Positions 1 to 13,329 of a stretch of DNA of 64,000 nucleotides are shown one piece after another. Position 1 is the stretch's first letter. Each line of letters starts with the position of its first letter. The translations under genes and the position numbers were made by a program. The DNA is from Chiloscyllium plagiosum (taxonomy: Eukaryota): assembly GCF_004010195.1 (NCBI RefSeq), contig NC_057718.1:20666223-20730222 (forward strand), written 5' to 3'. The notes under the pieces were generated by a model. That model had not been told where the DNA came from and ran no database searches. It saw only the letters and a list, made by a program, of their open reading frames with translations.

Positions 1-707
1 CAGTGACAAAAGCTGCCCCACTATTCACATGCCAAGCTCTGTCTGAAAAAGCGATTACAGATTAGAGTATAAAGTAGGATAGACTGTAAATATTTATCAA
101 GTCTTCAGCTTTGGGATGCTCACTGTCAGTTATAAATGGATTGAAATCAACGTTTTAATCTTCAAAGGAACACTTCAGTCAGCCTGGAGAAGGGTTCCAG
201 TTTCAAGTAGGCTTTTCCTGTAAAACTGAAGTCAAAAGCATACTTGTATGAGAAAAATGAATTGTGACAGGATGTGTGACATAGTTATTACTCAATCAGA
301 CTTTATCATAAATTTCAGTCGAGAAATTTCAGTCTATCCAACTAACGTGTGAAAACGTATTACATGTCCATGACATTCCCCTACCTGTTATTATTGATGG
401 AAACATTAAAATAAAATACAACGGTAGCAATGGCAATATTAAAATGAAATGGATGTGTTAAATATGTTTCTCCTATTCCTGTTCACAGTGATTTCTAGAG
501 ATTTATTATTATTAACAAACAGTTTCAGGTTAAGGCCTATGATGCAAACACTACCAAGTCTGAAAGTATAGTGAAAAGACATTAAGTATCATCTAATGAT
601 AATATAGTGGACATTGGATTTTATAAGAGCACATTAATGCATTTTATGCTATTACTGTTGCACACAATCTGAGATTACTGAACATGAGATGGTTAGGTAG
701 TGCCCAT

Positions 708-1024
708 GATTAGATTAGATTCCCTATAGTATGGAAACAGGCCCTTCTTCCCAACCAGTCCACACTGACCCTCCGAAGAGTAACTCACCCAGACCCATTT
801 CCCTCTGACTAATGCACCTAACACTATGGGCAATTTAGCATGGCCAATTTAGCTGACCAGCGCATCTTTGGACTGTGGGAGGAAACCGGAGCACCCGGAG
901 GAAACCCACACAGACATGGGGAGAATGTACAATCTCCACACAGACAGTCACCCGAGGCTGGAATCGAACTAGGGACCCTGGTGCTGTGAGGTAGCAGTGC
1001 TAACCATTGAGCCACCATGCTGCC
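708..1024 (-). mobile_element. HE1-type tRNA-derived V-SINE, full length
   Basis: Minus strand reads a tRNA-like head (GGCAGCATGGTGGCTCAATGGTTAGCACTGCT...GTTCGATTCC), a V-domain (GGGTTTCCTCCGGGTGCTCCGGTTTCCTCCCACAGTCCAAAG) and a CR1-like tail ending in (AATCT)n. Confidence 0.9.
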
Positions 1025-1529
1025 CTAGCTAACACATCTACTATGTCAAAATTCAGACTAGTGCTGAGGAATGATGAAGCATGTGAAATTCCTGTCTGGC
1101 ACTGAGAAGAATCTAAAGGAAGGAGAAATGGGACAAGAGTTAGGATGGTGCAGAGAAAATTGACATTATTGATGGGCTACAACCGTGATAATGTAGCTCA
1201 GAGTTGTAAGGCTTGCTAAATATTTGCTGAGGTGAATAAATGATAACATAAAGATATTCTACTCTAATAAATCAACATCCTTGCCTTCCTCAATGCTCAT
1301 ACATCTGCTCCCATCACTCAACAATAGGATTTCCAGCTCTGCTCAGGCGAATGCTCTGATATTAGATATTCTTCTTCTACATTCACTGTTCTCCCGCTGC
1401 ATTCTATTTTGTTTTTGCCATATGGAAGGAGAGGTTGAGATTCAGTAAATAACTGACTCAGTGAGTCAGCCAGTTAATCCCCAAACCTGTCCAGATGCCT
1501 GAACCTTTGCCTCAGCAGGCGATGATGTA

Positions 1530-1760
1530 CGCATGTACAAACAGATGGGAACCCCCCATCTGTGCATTTCCCTTCAAACCACACATCATCCAGGCTTGAA
1601 ATTATATCATTGTCCCTTCACTGTCATAGAGTCAAAATCCTGGAATTCTCTCCTTAACAGTACTGTGGGTGCATCAAATTCACATAGACTGCAGCAACGC
1701 TACCATCTTCTAAAGGGTAATTAGGAATTATGGCAAATGCTTGCTTTGCTTCTGATGCTT
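1530..1760 (+). mobile_element. Degenerate 3' tail of a second LINE family (called LINE-A here) or of its partner SINE
   Basis: Similar to tails at about 42830-43020 and 54155-54350 (TCAAAATCCTGGAATTC...GGGTAATTAGG). Confidence 0.5.
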
Positions 1761-1857
1761 GGAGGTTGTCCCTCAGGGTCATGGATTTTGCCATGTGTCT
1801 CTATATGATTGAACAGGCTGATTCTTAGCCCACAGATGCTAGTGTACGTGGACAGGA

Positions 1858-2150
1858 CATGGAGTCATAGTGTCATACAGCATGAAAACAGACTCCTCAA
1901 TCCAACTCATCCATGCCGGCCAAGTTTCCAAAGCTAAACTGATCCCGTTCCCTGTGTTTGGCCCACATCCCTCTAAATCTTTCCTATTCATGTACCAGTC
2001 CAATGTCTTTTAAATGTAGTTACTGTACCTGCATCTATCACTTCCTCTGGCAGTTCATTCCAAATACGAACCACCCTCTGTGTGAGCCCCTCAGGTCCCT
2101 TTTAAACCTTTCCTGTCTCACCTTAGTTTTGAACACCCTCACACCCACAA
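1858..2150 (-). mobile_element. CR1/HER1 LINE 3' end fragment
   Basis: Matches the 3' UTR and ORF2 C-terminus of the CR1 at 44964-45300 (ACCCTCTGTGTGA, TTCCTCTGGCAGTTCATTCCA); short tandem tail. Confidence 0.8.
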
Positions 2151-2509
2151 GATAAAGCAATTGGGTGCAGGAATTTGTTTCTGTTCTTTTCCTTCACTGT
2201 TGCCGGTCTGCTTCAACATTTAGTTGATGAGAGTCAAAGTATTATGCAACTCAATGCATTCTGACTGATTAGTTACAAACTCTTAATATCAAAGCTGCCA
2301 GCGATGGACAAAATAAAACATAAAGACCCATTATACTAAAGTGAGCACTAATGCTTTTACAGTTACCTTGACATCTTGCAATGGAAACTCTAATAGGGAA
2401 GTAAAGCTACATTGTTACCTTAATGCCTTTTCAATTAGCCCACTGAGATGAGCCATCAGCATATTTCACATGACTGAAATCAGAGTTGCTTGAACCTCTC
2501 TCACATCAA

Positions 2510-2641
2510 TTCCTAATGAAGGGCTTATGGCCGAAACATCAACTCTTCTGCTCCTGGGATGCTGCTTGACATTTTGTGCTTTTCCAGCACCAGAGGATTT
2601 GACTCTGACTCTCCAACATCCGCAGTGCCTCACTTTCTAAT
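2510..2641 (+). mobile_element. Solo Penelope-type terminal repeat with mutated hammerhead core
   Basis: CTAATGAAGGGCTTATGGCCGAAACATC, followed by the GATGCTGC...TTCCAGCACC block; 15-bp direct repeat CCTCTCTCACATCAA at 2495-2509 and 2642-2656. Confidence 0.75.
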
Positions 2642-4720
2642 CCTCTCTCACATCAAGGCAGAAATTCTGGCAAAATGATGCTAACATTCCATGAAGTGTG
2701 GTGCCTAGACTTTGATAGTACTTTGTGTTATTTGGGTGCTGTGTGCCCTTGGCAGAGGTGTCTGCAGAAAAGTATCCCTTGTCTCATCTGCCACCCATTC
2801 ACATTGGTGGGGAGGTCAAATAGCCAGGGAAGGTAAATATTGCAGAATAAAATTATAACAACTGCCTAGGTATCTTACAAACATTACATTAGCCTGTTTC
2901 CATAATTGGAGACTAGTTGAATGTTTTCTATCCTATTCGCTGCTGATACTGGCCTGTGTTCTGCTGTCCTGATAGGGGTACATAGGGGTAAAGAGGCCTT
3001 GAATGTTTGGGAGATCAGTTCCTGTGACAAATCCTCAAGCTCTTTCTTGTGAACTGTTGAGTTCAGTGGGACAAGCAATGCACTGTTAGAGTAAAAAGAG
3101 AAATAAAAAGTAATCAAATATAGAGGCTTTAAATGAAAAAGGATCAGTGTGATATTCTAATGAAGGATCACTAAGGTCGTGGATAGAAGATTCAGCTCCA
3201 GATAAACAACTGTTGTGACAGAAGTGCTTTCTTATAGCATGAGTAAAACAATCTGTGAATTGTCTGTGCTTGAACCTAACCATATAGATTTAATTCCCCA
3301 GCAGATGGTGTTCACTTGGCACATTCCCAATTCGTGACAATCAAAGCATCTTTTAATTCAGGAGACTATTTCAAATCAAGCTTTTTGAGTTTGTTCAGGT
3401 TTTCCAATCAGCAATATTTTGATACTGGTGTTTACAAGTTAGTTTTAAAGAAAATTGACTGGAAAGCTAGTTACACCATTCTGTTAGGAAGAGATATGAG
3501 GAACTTTCGGGTGCTACCTGACAGCTACTAACTAGCAATAAGGTACCAATGACATCAAAGCTAAGTGTGGCTAGATAGGGGAAAGATTCTTCCAGATTTT
3601 CAAGTTCAGTGAATAGGAATATATCAGGTAAAAGATGTCAGGGATTTCCTCCTTGGGAGAGGCAGATGATCTCAGAGCTAAACAGATTTTAACAATAGCT
3701 GGAATTTTAACTATCAACGGAGTTGTGTTTGGATTTGGGGTCGGGGGTGTGGCATGAGGTCAAGAAACCAATAGGATCCCACCCAGTTCCAGGTTTCACC
3801 CAGGTAGATTTGCAGGCGAACCCGCTGTGGGACCATCATGTAAGTAATTAAAATGTGAAAAGAGGCAATTAGCTCAGTACTCAATCTGGCATTCTGGTTT
3901 GAGCAACCAATGTGCAGGTTTCCCAAGCTGTGATTAAATTGCCAGAGTTAATGAGGCATGATCAAGCACAGGGAGTGCTATTTCTGTGAAACTGACAAGC
4001 TGGGAAGCCTTCAAACAGTGAAACTGAAGAGCTGAAGCACTGCAGTTCTTCTGAGAATGTGCATGACAGTTGTTTACCAACATTCTGGAAGTCAACTCAG
4101 CTGTGTTGGACTTCACACCTTGACCTGCACCTTCCAGCCGTTAGCAAGGGAGCACCTATGTTTCTTCACCTTGCACTACTGGTGAGGAACAAGAGCAACA
4201 ACTCCAGGAGCAGAGCTAGCTGACATCTCTTCTCTGTTTGTCACTCTACAGGAGTTTAAAGGGGATGGGATCTCCAACACAGTGTTTGTAGCCAGATTAA
4301 TATTTATGTGGTATGACATTAGGCTGTCAGGAGACTAAGGGCTTCTCAGCAAATTCAGTAGCTTCCTGGAATAAGACTTCCTTCCATTTGCCCAGGTGGG
4401 TTCACGACGTTAGTGGCCAAGATGGCTACCACTGGAAAGTCACCCAACCCAGCTGTCCACCTCTGTCTGGAGTTCTGCACTTTCTTCTCTGGCGAGCATA
4501 GAAATTAGAAAAGTGAGAGTGTAAGAATGCTGAACATTGACTGACAAGTGAGGAAGCAATGGGATGTATGGGGAGTTGCCAGATACAAGAGGAATCAGTG
4601 GAGTTGTAAGATATATTGTTCTGAGGAATGCTGCGCTAAAAAAAGCTGGGGTAATTACATGTGGAATTTAGTACCTGAAAATGTTTTGGTACTTATCTTT
4701 CCTGCCTTCCTGAGGACCTG

Positions 4721-5223
4721 CCTCTCCCACTGCAACTACTCCATGCTACTTTCTCCCCACCCCCACCCTCCTCTAGCTTATCTCTCCATGCTTCAGGCTC
4801 TCTGCCTTTATTCCTGATGAAGGGCTTTTGCCCGAAACGTCGATTTTGCTGCTCCTCGGATGCTGCCTGAACTGCTGTGCTCTTCCAGCACCACTAATCC
4901 AAAATCTGGTTTCCAGCATCTGCAGTCATTGTTTTTACCTAGTTGATCTTAACCCTACTGAGAATCCTCTTGCAAGGATGCCTGCCTTGAAGAAGTTTTC
5001 CTGCTCTCTCTACAAGAATCTCAGGGAGTCCCTCTCCCACTGCAACTACTCCATGCTACTTTCTCCCTACCCCCACCCTCCTCTAGCTTATCTCTCCACG
5101 CTTCAGGCTCTCTGCCCGAAACATCGATTTTGCTGCTCCTCGGATGCTGCCTGAACTGCTGTGCTATTCCAGCACCACTAATCCAAAATCTGGTTTCCAG
5201 CATCTGCAGTCATTGTTTTTACC
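4721..5223 (+). mobile_element. Tandem (about 1.6 units, period 310 bp) non-autonomous Penelope-derived element
   Basis: CCTCTCCCACTGCAACTACTCCATG starts at both 4721 and 5031; the units are near-identical, but the second lacks the hammerhead 5' half. Confidence 0.8.
4814..4841 (+). ncRNA. Minimal type I hammerhead ribozyme motif
   Basis: CTGATGA-A-GGGC-TTTT-GCCC-GAAAC-GTC: all conserved core nucleotides, a 4-bp stem II, and palindromic ACGT in place of stem III. Confidence 0.75.
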
Positions 5224-5989
5224 CCATTTGGCACTGCCTCCAGGTTTGAGGGGACCACACCTCTGCCGCTCACTGCCTCAGTCCACCTCCACATCTGATG
5301 GATGAGAATCAGGCTGCTTCCTCTCATCCTCAGTGAACATCCTTTCATTCAATCCCTCAGATCCCATAGCAAGTTCTTCAGGTAATAGTGACAGAGCCTG
5401 GAGTGGTCCCAGAGGACTCAGCCACTCTACCTGATTAATCTAGAAATGTGAAACAGGGTATTAAAACTATGATTGCGTTGAAGACTCACAGCAAAGCCCA
5501 CAGAAGAGCAAATGGATTCTCATGCTACTGTTGGCCTCCCCACTGCATGTGGTTCTATTCTAAGATTCCACCCTCGAGGTCTGTAAACTCTGAGGGCAAT
5601 CTCCTGTCATTGAATTTAAACAGGAGATGCAGGAGCCTTTGCTGTCTTAAAAATGGACTTGCTGAAAATTGCACCAGCTGCAAGCAAAGCAAAAACAAGG
5701 AAGTGGATTAGAGTTGTTGAGTTCGTATGAGAAAAATCAAAAAGATGAGCTCCATAATTCCATTTCCCCCAGTTTTAGTCACAGGGAGCGCTGACTGTAA
5801 AACTGAATATGCAGCATCACTGCCCTATTCCCCTGCTCGAGCACAGCAATCTATAAGACTTACCATCTTCCATTCTCTCTTCCCAAATCTGAAACCAAGC
5901 AGCTCTTCTTTCCCTCTATCATCTCAAAAGTTGGGACAACATCTTTTAGTGACCATTTTTGGTTTCTAGTTGCTACATGAATAAAGTCT

Positions 5990-6410
5990 TTGAGGCTCAG
6001 TGGGAGGCATTCTCACTTCTGAGTGACTCTTGGCTCAAGTCACACGCTTGGATTTTTATAACTAAATCAAAGGATTGACGTTTGAATATTCTGAGGGGGT
6101 GCCTGCTTATAGTTGAGGTATTAAACCAAGACCCAGTCTGCCCTTTCAACTGGAGGAAATAATCTCAAGCACTATTTGAAAAAGTGCAGGAAATTGCCCC
6201 TGACATCATGGCTAACTGACATCACAAAGAAATCAATGTTTCTGGCCTTTGTCTCATGGCTATTTGTGCAACCCTTGATGTGTGTAAATTAGCATTCATG
6301 GTTCCCGTATTAGGGCATGACAACATTTCAAAATGGCAACATTGGCTGTGAAGACCTTTAGGACACCCTGAGTGAAAGATGACATATATAATGCAAATCC
6401 TTTCTTCTTT
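5990..6410 (+). mobile_element. Old Deu-domain SINE remnant (SacSINE1/AmnSINE-like)
   Basis: Decayed tRNA-like head (GGCTCAGTGGGAGGCATTCTCACTTCTGAGT), Deu-like TTAAACCAAGACCCAGTCTGCCC...GCACTATTTGAA, and L2-like tail ATATATAATGCAAATCCTTTCTT. Confidence 0.6.
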
Positions 6411-7230
6411 AAAGTCAAAAGGATTATATGCAAATTCAATGCAGTGAAATAGCAAATGCATGGAATGTATGTTCATCATCAAGAGTGATCCAATGGCACC
6501 TTTACTAGAGCATTTTTCAGCCTGATAGTTTGAGAGGATATTTGCCAATTTATTTTTATGATGTGATGGTGATGTACTTGAGTAACTTAAACGGGTTGAC
6601 TTGTGCATGACCTGCATGAAAGTTTTTTTCTAGTGAAAAGCAAGTAGCAGGTAATAGAGTAAGAGGCTGCCAGAAGTACATGGTGTAGAGGTACAGGGGT
6701 CAGAGTCATAGTCCAGCAGCTACATCTGTGTAATCAGTGATTACACAGTGTGGACCCTTTTTGTACATTACACAAGAGCCATTAAAGAGGGCAGCTGTCC
6801 TCCTGGAAAACCCACAGGAAGGTGGCCAGGATGTACCAGGTGATCTTCATGCCTCTAAAGTGACACTCCATGCCTCTGGCAAAATACTGAGGGTGTGATG
6901 TGCCTGGGAATAATGTGGCCATCAAAGTGGCTGTCTGCAAGGTCACCCTAGCACAGTTGTCTACTTCTCCCTGGAGTTCTGCTCTCTGTTCTCCTGCAAG
7001 GATAGTAAGCAGAAAATCGTGTGCTTAAGGAATCAATTATGGGGAGAGGAAGGTGACTACAGTATAAGGTATGTGTGTGAAATGGCACAAAGATCAGGGT
7101 GCCATCAAGGTACCCAATGCTGATATTATTTTATGGTGTTAAATAGCCCTCTCAATACCTTTCAGCACCATCTTTTCCAATCTGTCTCCAAAATGCTGAT
7201 GAAGTATAGCCCCAGTTGATCTGTGTCAGA

Positions 7231-7363
7231 ACCTGGTTGAAGAGCTTCAGGGCAGAGGAAATGACCTGGAGTTGCAGTGGGAGAGAGACTCCCTGAGATT
7301 CTTGTAGAGAGAGGAGGAAAACTTCTTCAAGGCAGGCATCCTTGCAAGAGGATTGTTTTTACC
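7231..7363 (-). mobile_element. Penelope-derived fragment (inverted 5' region plus a short plus-strand terminus)
   Basis: 7271-7354 is a near-exact reverse complement of 4963-5047; it is followed by ATTGTTTTTACC (family terminus); CTGTGTCAGA flanks at 7221-7230 and 7364-7373. Confidence 0.7.
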
Positions 7364-8767
7364 CTGTGTCAGACCAGTATCCGCAGTCCTTCAATTTTTT
7401 TAAATGCAGATAGAAAAGCAGGTGATTATTTGATGGAGAGGGAAAGACTGGAATGACATTGCAGAGTCTCCAGAGGAACATATGCTTTCAAATAAGTATC
7501 AATGCTACCAACAAGTGAGAGATGATTTAGGGTACAGGATTGCAGCAGATTAGAGGACTGGGAGGCTGTGAACAGAACTAGAAATGCAGCATTACTAAGC
7601 CAATCCAATATGGTACCAAGCACCCTTGCAATGTAGAATGAGCTTCCTTTTACCATACTGGACTCTTAGGCAGTCGTTGCATGCCTGAGAAATAGCCTCA
7701 ATGCTATCCAATTTCCAGGCCATGATTTTAATCTAGTCTTCAGCAGGTTTTTTTTGAAACGCTGTCAGACATATCCTCGAGCTAAGCAAATAGCTGGACT
7801 CGGCAACAATACATCACTTGTAATATCAGCATAAGAACAGACTTACATCAGCACATTGGATGAACGAGCAATCTGCTTATGCAGGGTTAGTGTTGAAACC
7901 ACACATAAATGTCATATCAGCACAATAGCAGGGACAGGTGAACTGAGCACAAAAAATAATTGTGAGCGTACAGAGAATTATGCAAAAGTGAAAAGTGTGG
8001 AAACATGATCCAGGAGAAGGCGACTAGACTGAAAAAGAATAAGATTGTGTTTTTTTTAAATACACACAAAGCTTCAGTGAGTTTCAGTCTCCAGTTCAGC
8101 TTCATTAGGCCAATCAAATGGAACTCTTCACTTCTTAAAATCAGTTATAAGATGTGTGTTCAGGGAGTTTTCAATCTAGCCACAGCTGTGTCTGTGTATA
8201 TTGAATATACTTTATAACCTTGAAGCTTTATTGCAGCTTGCTTAGCAGTATTTTAAGATGATGTTGGGCTATTGCTTTAAATAGCTTTATTCCCATATTC
8301 ACTCCCTGTAAATGTACTTCTGTAAATAACCAAGCAGCATTTTAATACACCCTGTATATACCTTTTCAAAACAAACACATTTGGACAAAATGAAAATAAA
8401 CTGTATGCAACTTCCAGTCCAACATTTTATTGCAACATTTTATTGGTTTCAGCTGTTGGGAGGATAAAGGAAATTGAGAAAAAATCAAATTTCTTTATTA
8501 AGTTATCTGATGCACATAAATTGATTTAGGTTTGGCAAACTTGACAATGATACTGAAAAAATCTTATTTTTATCACAAGTCTTGGTAAATCAGAATTTGG
8601 TTTTAGGAAAGTCAGGAAGCCATAACCATTGCTGGCTCCATGCACATGACTGTTAGGAAAGGAAGGGGAGAGATTCTGGACCAGTATTGTCCAATAAAAA
8701 TTGCTGGGGTGACACTATTTTAGTTGAAATTTTAGGAGCAAGTGCCTTACACACTCATGTGTTCATA

Positions 8768-8803
8768 TACACACACACACGCACACAAACACACACACAC
8801 ACA
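8768..8803. repeat. Imperfect (CA)n microsatellite
   Basis: Directly visible ACACAC tract with interruptions. Confidence 0.9.
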
Positions 8804-11800
8804 TATTATAGGATACAAATAAATGTACTTCACATCTGTACATATTCGTAACAAAGCACCACTTACCTAAAAAGAAGCATTGCACAATCAGTAAACATTC
8901 ACACAATCTTTTGTTACAAATCCATGGTAAAAAAAGGGCATAAGTGCGCAAGGATCCTGTTATAGATAGGGGAATGATGGTAGTGTGGTTCCACACTCAA
9001 TTGTGCAGAAGCAGTTGTATTTCAAAGAAACTTGAGTGCCGTAATTCTGAAGAACAGCCAAAAGACATGTTTTCTTGTAAGGTTTAAAAAAGATAAATGT
9101 TTATTTCCCAACACCTGAAAGTATTTGCAACAGGACTCACCACTCATGCATAGACATACACAAGAAACGGTGATTACGGAACAGGTGATATGAACTGAGA
9201 TCTTAAAAATCCACCAGTTCGCTGTTCTAATTTGATTCTTTCAAGTTAGCACCTTGAAAAATTCCAGGCTGAATACGTTCCTTCTGGTTTTCTGAGGAAT
9301 TGGAAGTTGGAATTTTGTGATAACAGATTCATGGTAATTTACTGCCTGAAGAATCAAATGTTTGGCTTCACTGCCGATCTGATTTGGTTCTTCACATCAG
9401 CAGGTAAAGGCTATCTGCAATTCTCAGCTTGATAGTGGATATTAGGCATGGTTCTTTCTTTGCTGGTCTTGATCAGCTCCCCCTGACAGCATGTTAATAA
9501 ATGTTTCATTTCACAGTCTAGTTGTCTTCATGCATCGGTGTCTGCTTTCCATTGTCCACGGAAATGGTGACTGATGGCTTGGGCAGTGACACACAATAGA
9601 ATTTCACCATTTGCATCTCCTTGGAATATATCTGGTTTCTTGGTGCACCCATTCTATGGAATTCTCTTCTACCATCAAAATGTTTAAAAGCTACGAGCCA
9701 TAGCTTCTACTAGAACTAGTTTCTGGAGATATTTGGATAATGGTGACCAGTAATCCAACAGGAAAGATCTGAAACATTTTAATTATCTCTCATTGAAATT
9801 TTCCAAGAACATGATTGGATTTTAATATCTTGTCTGGACAAACAGATAGTTTCCAGGCTTGTAAGATTCCATGCATATGGACAGAAAGCAATGAGGTCAC
9901 CTGACCCTCAACTTCATTTTACTTCTGAGTAGTTTGTCCATTCTCCATTTTATTTTTAAAAGTGATGTATATTCTCCTGAAATTCATGCATATAACTCTG
10001 TGAACATTATGATATACTACAAGTATAAGTATTGAGATCATATTCATGCCTATTCAGTTCTAATTTACTAATCAAATGAAATTAGCCATATCTGGATTTC
10101 CAGTTAGTTGCATGTAGCAAGTGGCTAGCATGTTAGACAATATTGTTCTGGATTATTAACTCGTCTATATTTTTAGAATTTGATCAAATCACTTAGGAGC
10201 TTTTCTATTCTTAGTCTTTGTTCCCTAATGTGTTCTTGTTTTCCTAAATGTTTTCTGTTTATTCACCTAAATCAAAATGGAAAATCAACAGATCAGGTCA
10301 TTGTGTTATGCTGCCAAAGATTCACAAGCACAGCATTAGTCAGAGCATGGATGATTTCACTGAAAAAAACATATAGAATGGATTAGGTACCATTTAGCAA
10401 ACATGTAAACCAAATATATATCAAGCAGAAAACAAATAAAGTGCAAATTATGCATTATTTCAAAAGAAGAACAAAATAAATACAGGAAGATGATAAAATG
10501 GAACAAAATAAAGAGTAATGGAGAGCAGGTAGATTAGATGGAGGACGTTCCTTGAATGATCAGCTTGTCGATAGAACAGGGCTCGATGTCAGAAACTGGA
10601 ATGAGATCAAACAAAATGAGACACCATTAACTTTGAGAACCCAAGACTTCCAATTTTAGAAATTGGAGTCAAAGCTTATAATCTTGACAATAATCAGACA
10701 GAGCTATTTAAAAAGACCTTTTCTAAACATTGACAATAGAAGGATCATGTTCTTGAGTTAAGCCAAGAAAATACAAGCAAGAATAATCTTTTAACAGAGT
10801 CAATAACAGATTTATAGACAATAATTGAAAAACACCTAAGAAAACAAAACTGTTTTAAGATTCCAAAATGTAAATACACTTAGTTAATCAGCCCACATAA
10901 GTTAGTCTAACAGTTTGAATCCTGAGAAGTGTGGATTGGTAAAAGAGGCCATGTATTCCTTTGTGAATTTTGATTCCACCAACAAATTTTGAAAGATTAT
11001 CTTCCTGAAATGTTAACCCTCTCATGGTAAAGTCTTGTTGCCACATGGAAAATTTTAAAGCATGTTAAGCGGATCTGTACTGTGGCAATATTTGAGACAA
11101 CAGGCTCCAAATCTAGAAGGGAAAATAAAAACAAAATATCATTCAAATAAATAAGATAAAGTTGTTTCCAGTGGAGGAATGGTTAATGACCAGCAAATAC
11201 AGATCTGAGATAACTGTCAAAGGAGAAATAGGGGATTTCTTTAATGCACTAATTATTATGATCTTGTATTCACTTATTGAAAGGATAATATAAGCAAATT
11301 CAAAGAGAAATGAAAGAAAAATTGGAATCAATAGAATAAAGGGTATGGGTTAGGAATGGAAATTATTTGGATTGGTTTTTCAAATAGCTACTATAAGGAT
11401 AATGGGCCATGTGAGCTGCTTGTATGTTGTTTCGTGATTCTATGATTTCGTTACTATATAGGTTTGGAAAAAAAAAGTAAAACTAACATTTAAAAAATGT
11501 TCCTGTACTCAAATACTACAAAGTTCCACAATGTTTCTTTCTCTTGGTCATGAAACCAGAGTATTACCCATAAATAATTCAAATGAGAAAAACAAATTGG
11601 GAAAATAAATACTGCAAAACTAAATAAATTGTAAATTGCATGCACATGTCACTTATGAATTGGATGCAAAATAACCATGGTAACCAATGAACTACTAATA
11701 TCATGAAAGAGTAACAGAGTTTCACTAGGTCTAAGTTTGTCTGTATTTTTAAATTAGGATAAAACAGAGAAGCCCAGGTTTCTTAAAACAAATTCCCACT

Positions 11801-13329
11801 GCCTCTCACCAGGCATAGAGCTCTGACACAAGTGACAGACTCTGTTCAGCATGCAATCTACTCTTTGATAAACAATTACTTTGGATCTTAGCAATTTCTA
11901 AGAGCTCCGCCATTAAGAATATTTTACTTTTCAGTGGCTTGAACATCATGTGTGTGTGTGTATCTTCTGTTTATGAAATTGCCTAATGTTCTGGGGAATG
12001 GAACATTTTTCCATGTTTTTCTGCCTACTGTCAACACAAAGAACTCCCAGGTCAACTATAGCATGTGTTTGATGCAGGAAAAAGTTCCTTCTGCACTTCC
12101 CCAACAAAATGCCAGAATTTTAACCTCAAAGGAGCATTCTCAATTCACCAGTGTAACACCTCGCTTCTCTATTGTCAACTATCTTTATGGTGCCAACAAG
12201 TTAAAGTAGTGTTAGAATTTTAGGTTGCTCCTTTTCTGGATATGTATCTAGTGGAACTAGATTGAAGCAGCCCAATGTATCAGCATTTCTACTCATGGAT
12301 TCAGGCCTTGAATTTCCTCTCTGAGTTATATACAGGGCAATTGTTACCTCATAGTTAATCAGCAGGGGGAGTGACACACAAGGATACTAGAGTGATCAAT
12401 TTGGTCAGATTTAATTGGAATGTGGCCACTCATGGTGTGCACCAATAGTTTGGCTTTTACTCATAGCTAATTTTTGCTTCATAATTTAATGTAAGTGAGA
12501 GTTCTTAACGGTGTGGAAAAGGCAATGATGCATCCGGGATCTGATTAAATGAGTGAACCAAGAGTCCCCATTCTTAACTCATGAGATTTAAAAACTGAAA
12601 AAGAAGCAGAGGAACAGCAGAGAAGGAGGATGAACTAGAGCCAAATAGAAACAGAATGGGAAATAAAATGAAGAAAGTAAAAAATAAATCAGAGAAAAAG
12701 GAACAGAAATCTAAAGTAGGAAGCAGATTTATGATTAGACCATTTTTATACAATTTATTACATGTAAAATTGATAAACAACTTTTAAAAGTGATTCATTT
12801 CTGGGCTGGACAGATTCGTTGGCATTACAATTATGAGTATTTTGTCATTTATTGATTACTTCTGTAGTTAATTATAAACTTAGATGTTGGCTATGCTGAA
12901 TGATCAGCACGCCATGGCAGCAGGCAGAAGAAACATCCCAGGCCTCTTTGGTGAAGATCTCCGAACCTTACTGTGGATCTTGCATATCAGTAAATCATTA
13001 GACAGCATTCCCACTCCTTAATATCAGTAAACAATCAGCTTTCTTCCTTACTGATATCAATAAATTAGTACAGGTAATCACCATTCTTCCTCATTAATAT
13101 CAATGAACCATTATTCTGTTTTAGTGTGCCTTCATCCCACAACACACGAGACAAGGTTTTTTTCTGCGTTCAAACTCCTCTAGTTCCAGCTATCCTGGCA
13201 CAAACCAGTGACAACTGAAGATGATGAATCCTTGAGTACATGCCTAGCTTATCTAGTGCATACCTTGTGTGGAATTGTGAACAATTTGCCCCATTTTAAC
13301 ATGCAAGACAAATATCTGTCAGCATTGTG

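Noticed and set aside
824..1018. 64-aa ORF, and similar ORFs at 38109-38517 and 18910-19113
   Set aside because: They lie within HE1-type SINEs; these are spurious ORFs.
4828..5203. Short ORFs over the Penelope termini (also 25439-25779, 39149-39454, 58557-58921)
   Set aside because: These are recurrent translations of the same non-coding repeat on both strands, with no domain content.
12980..13115. Degenerate repeats of ATATCA(G/A)TAAA at 35-45 bp spacing
   Set aside because: Only four decayed units next to a Penelope remnant; most simply an old minisatellite in its 5' region.
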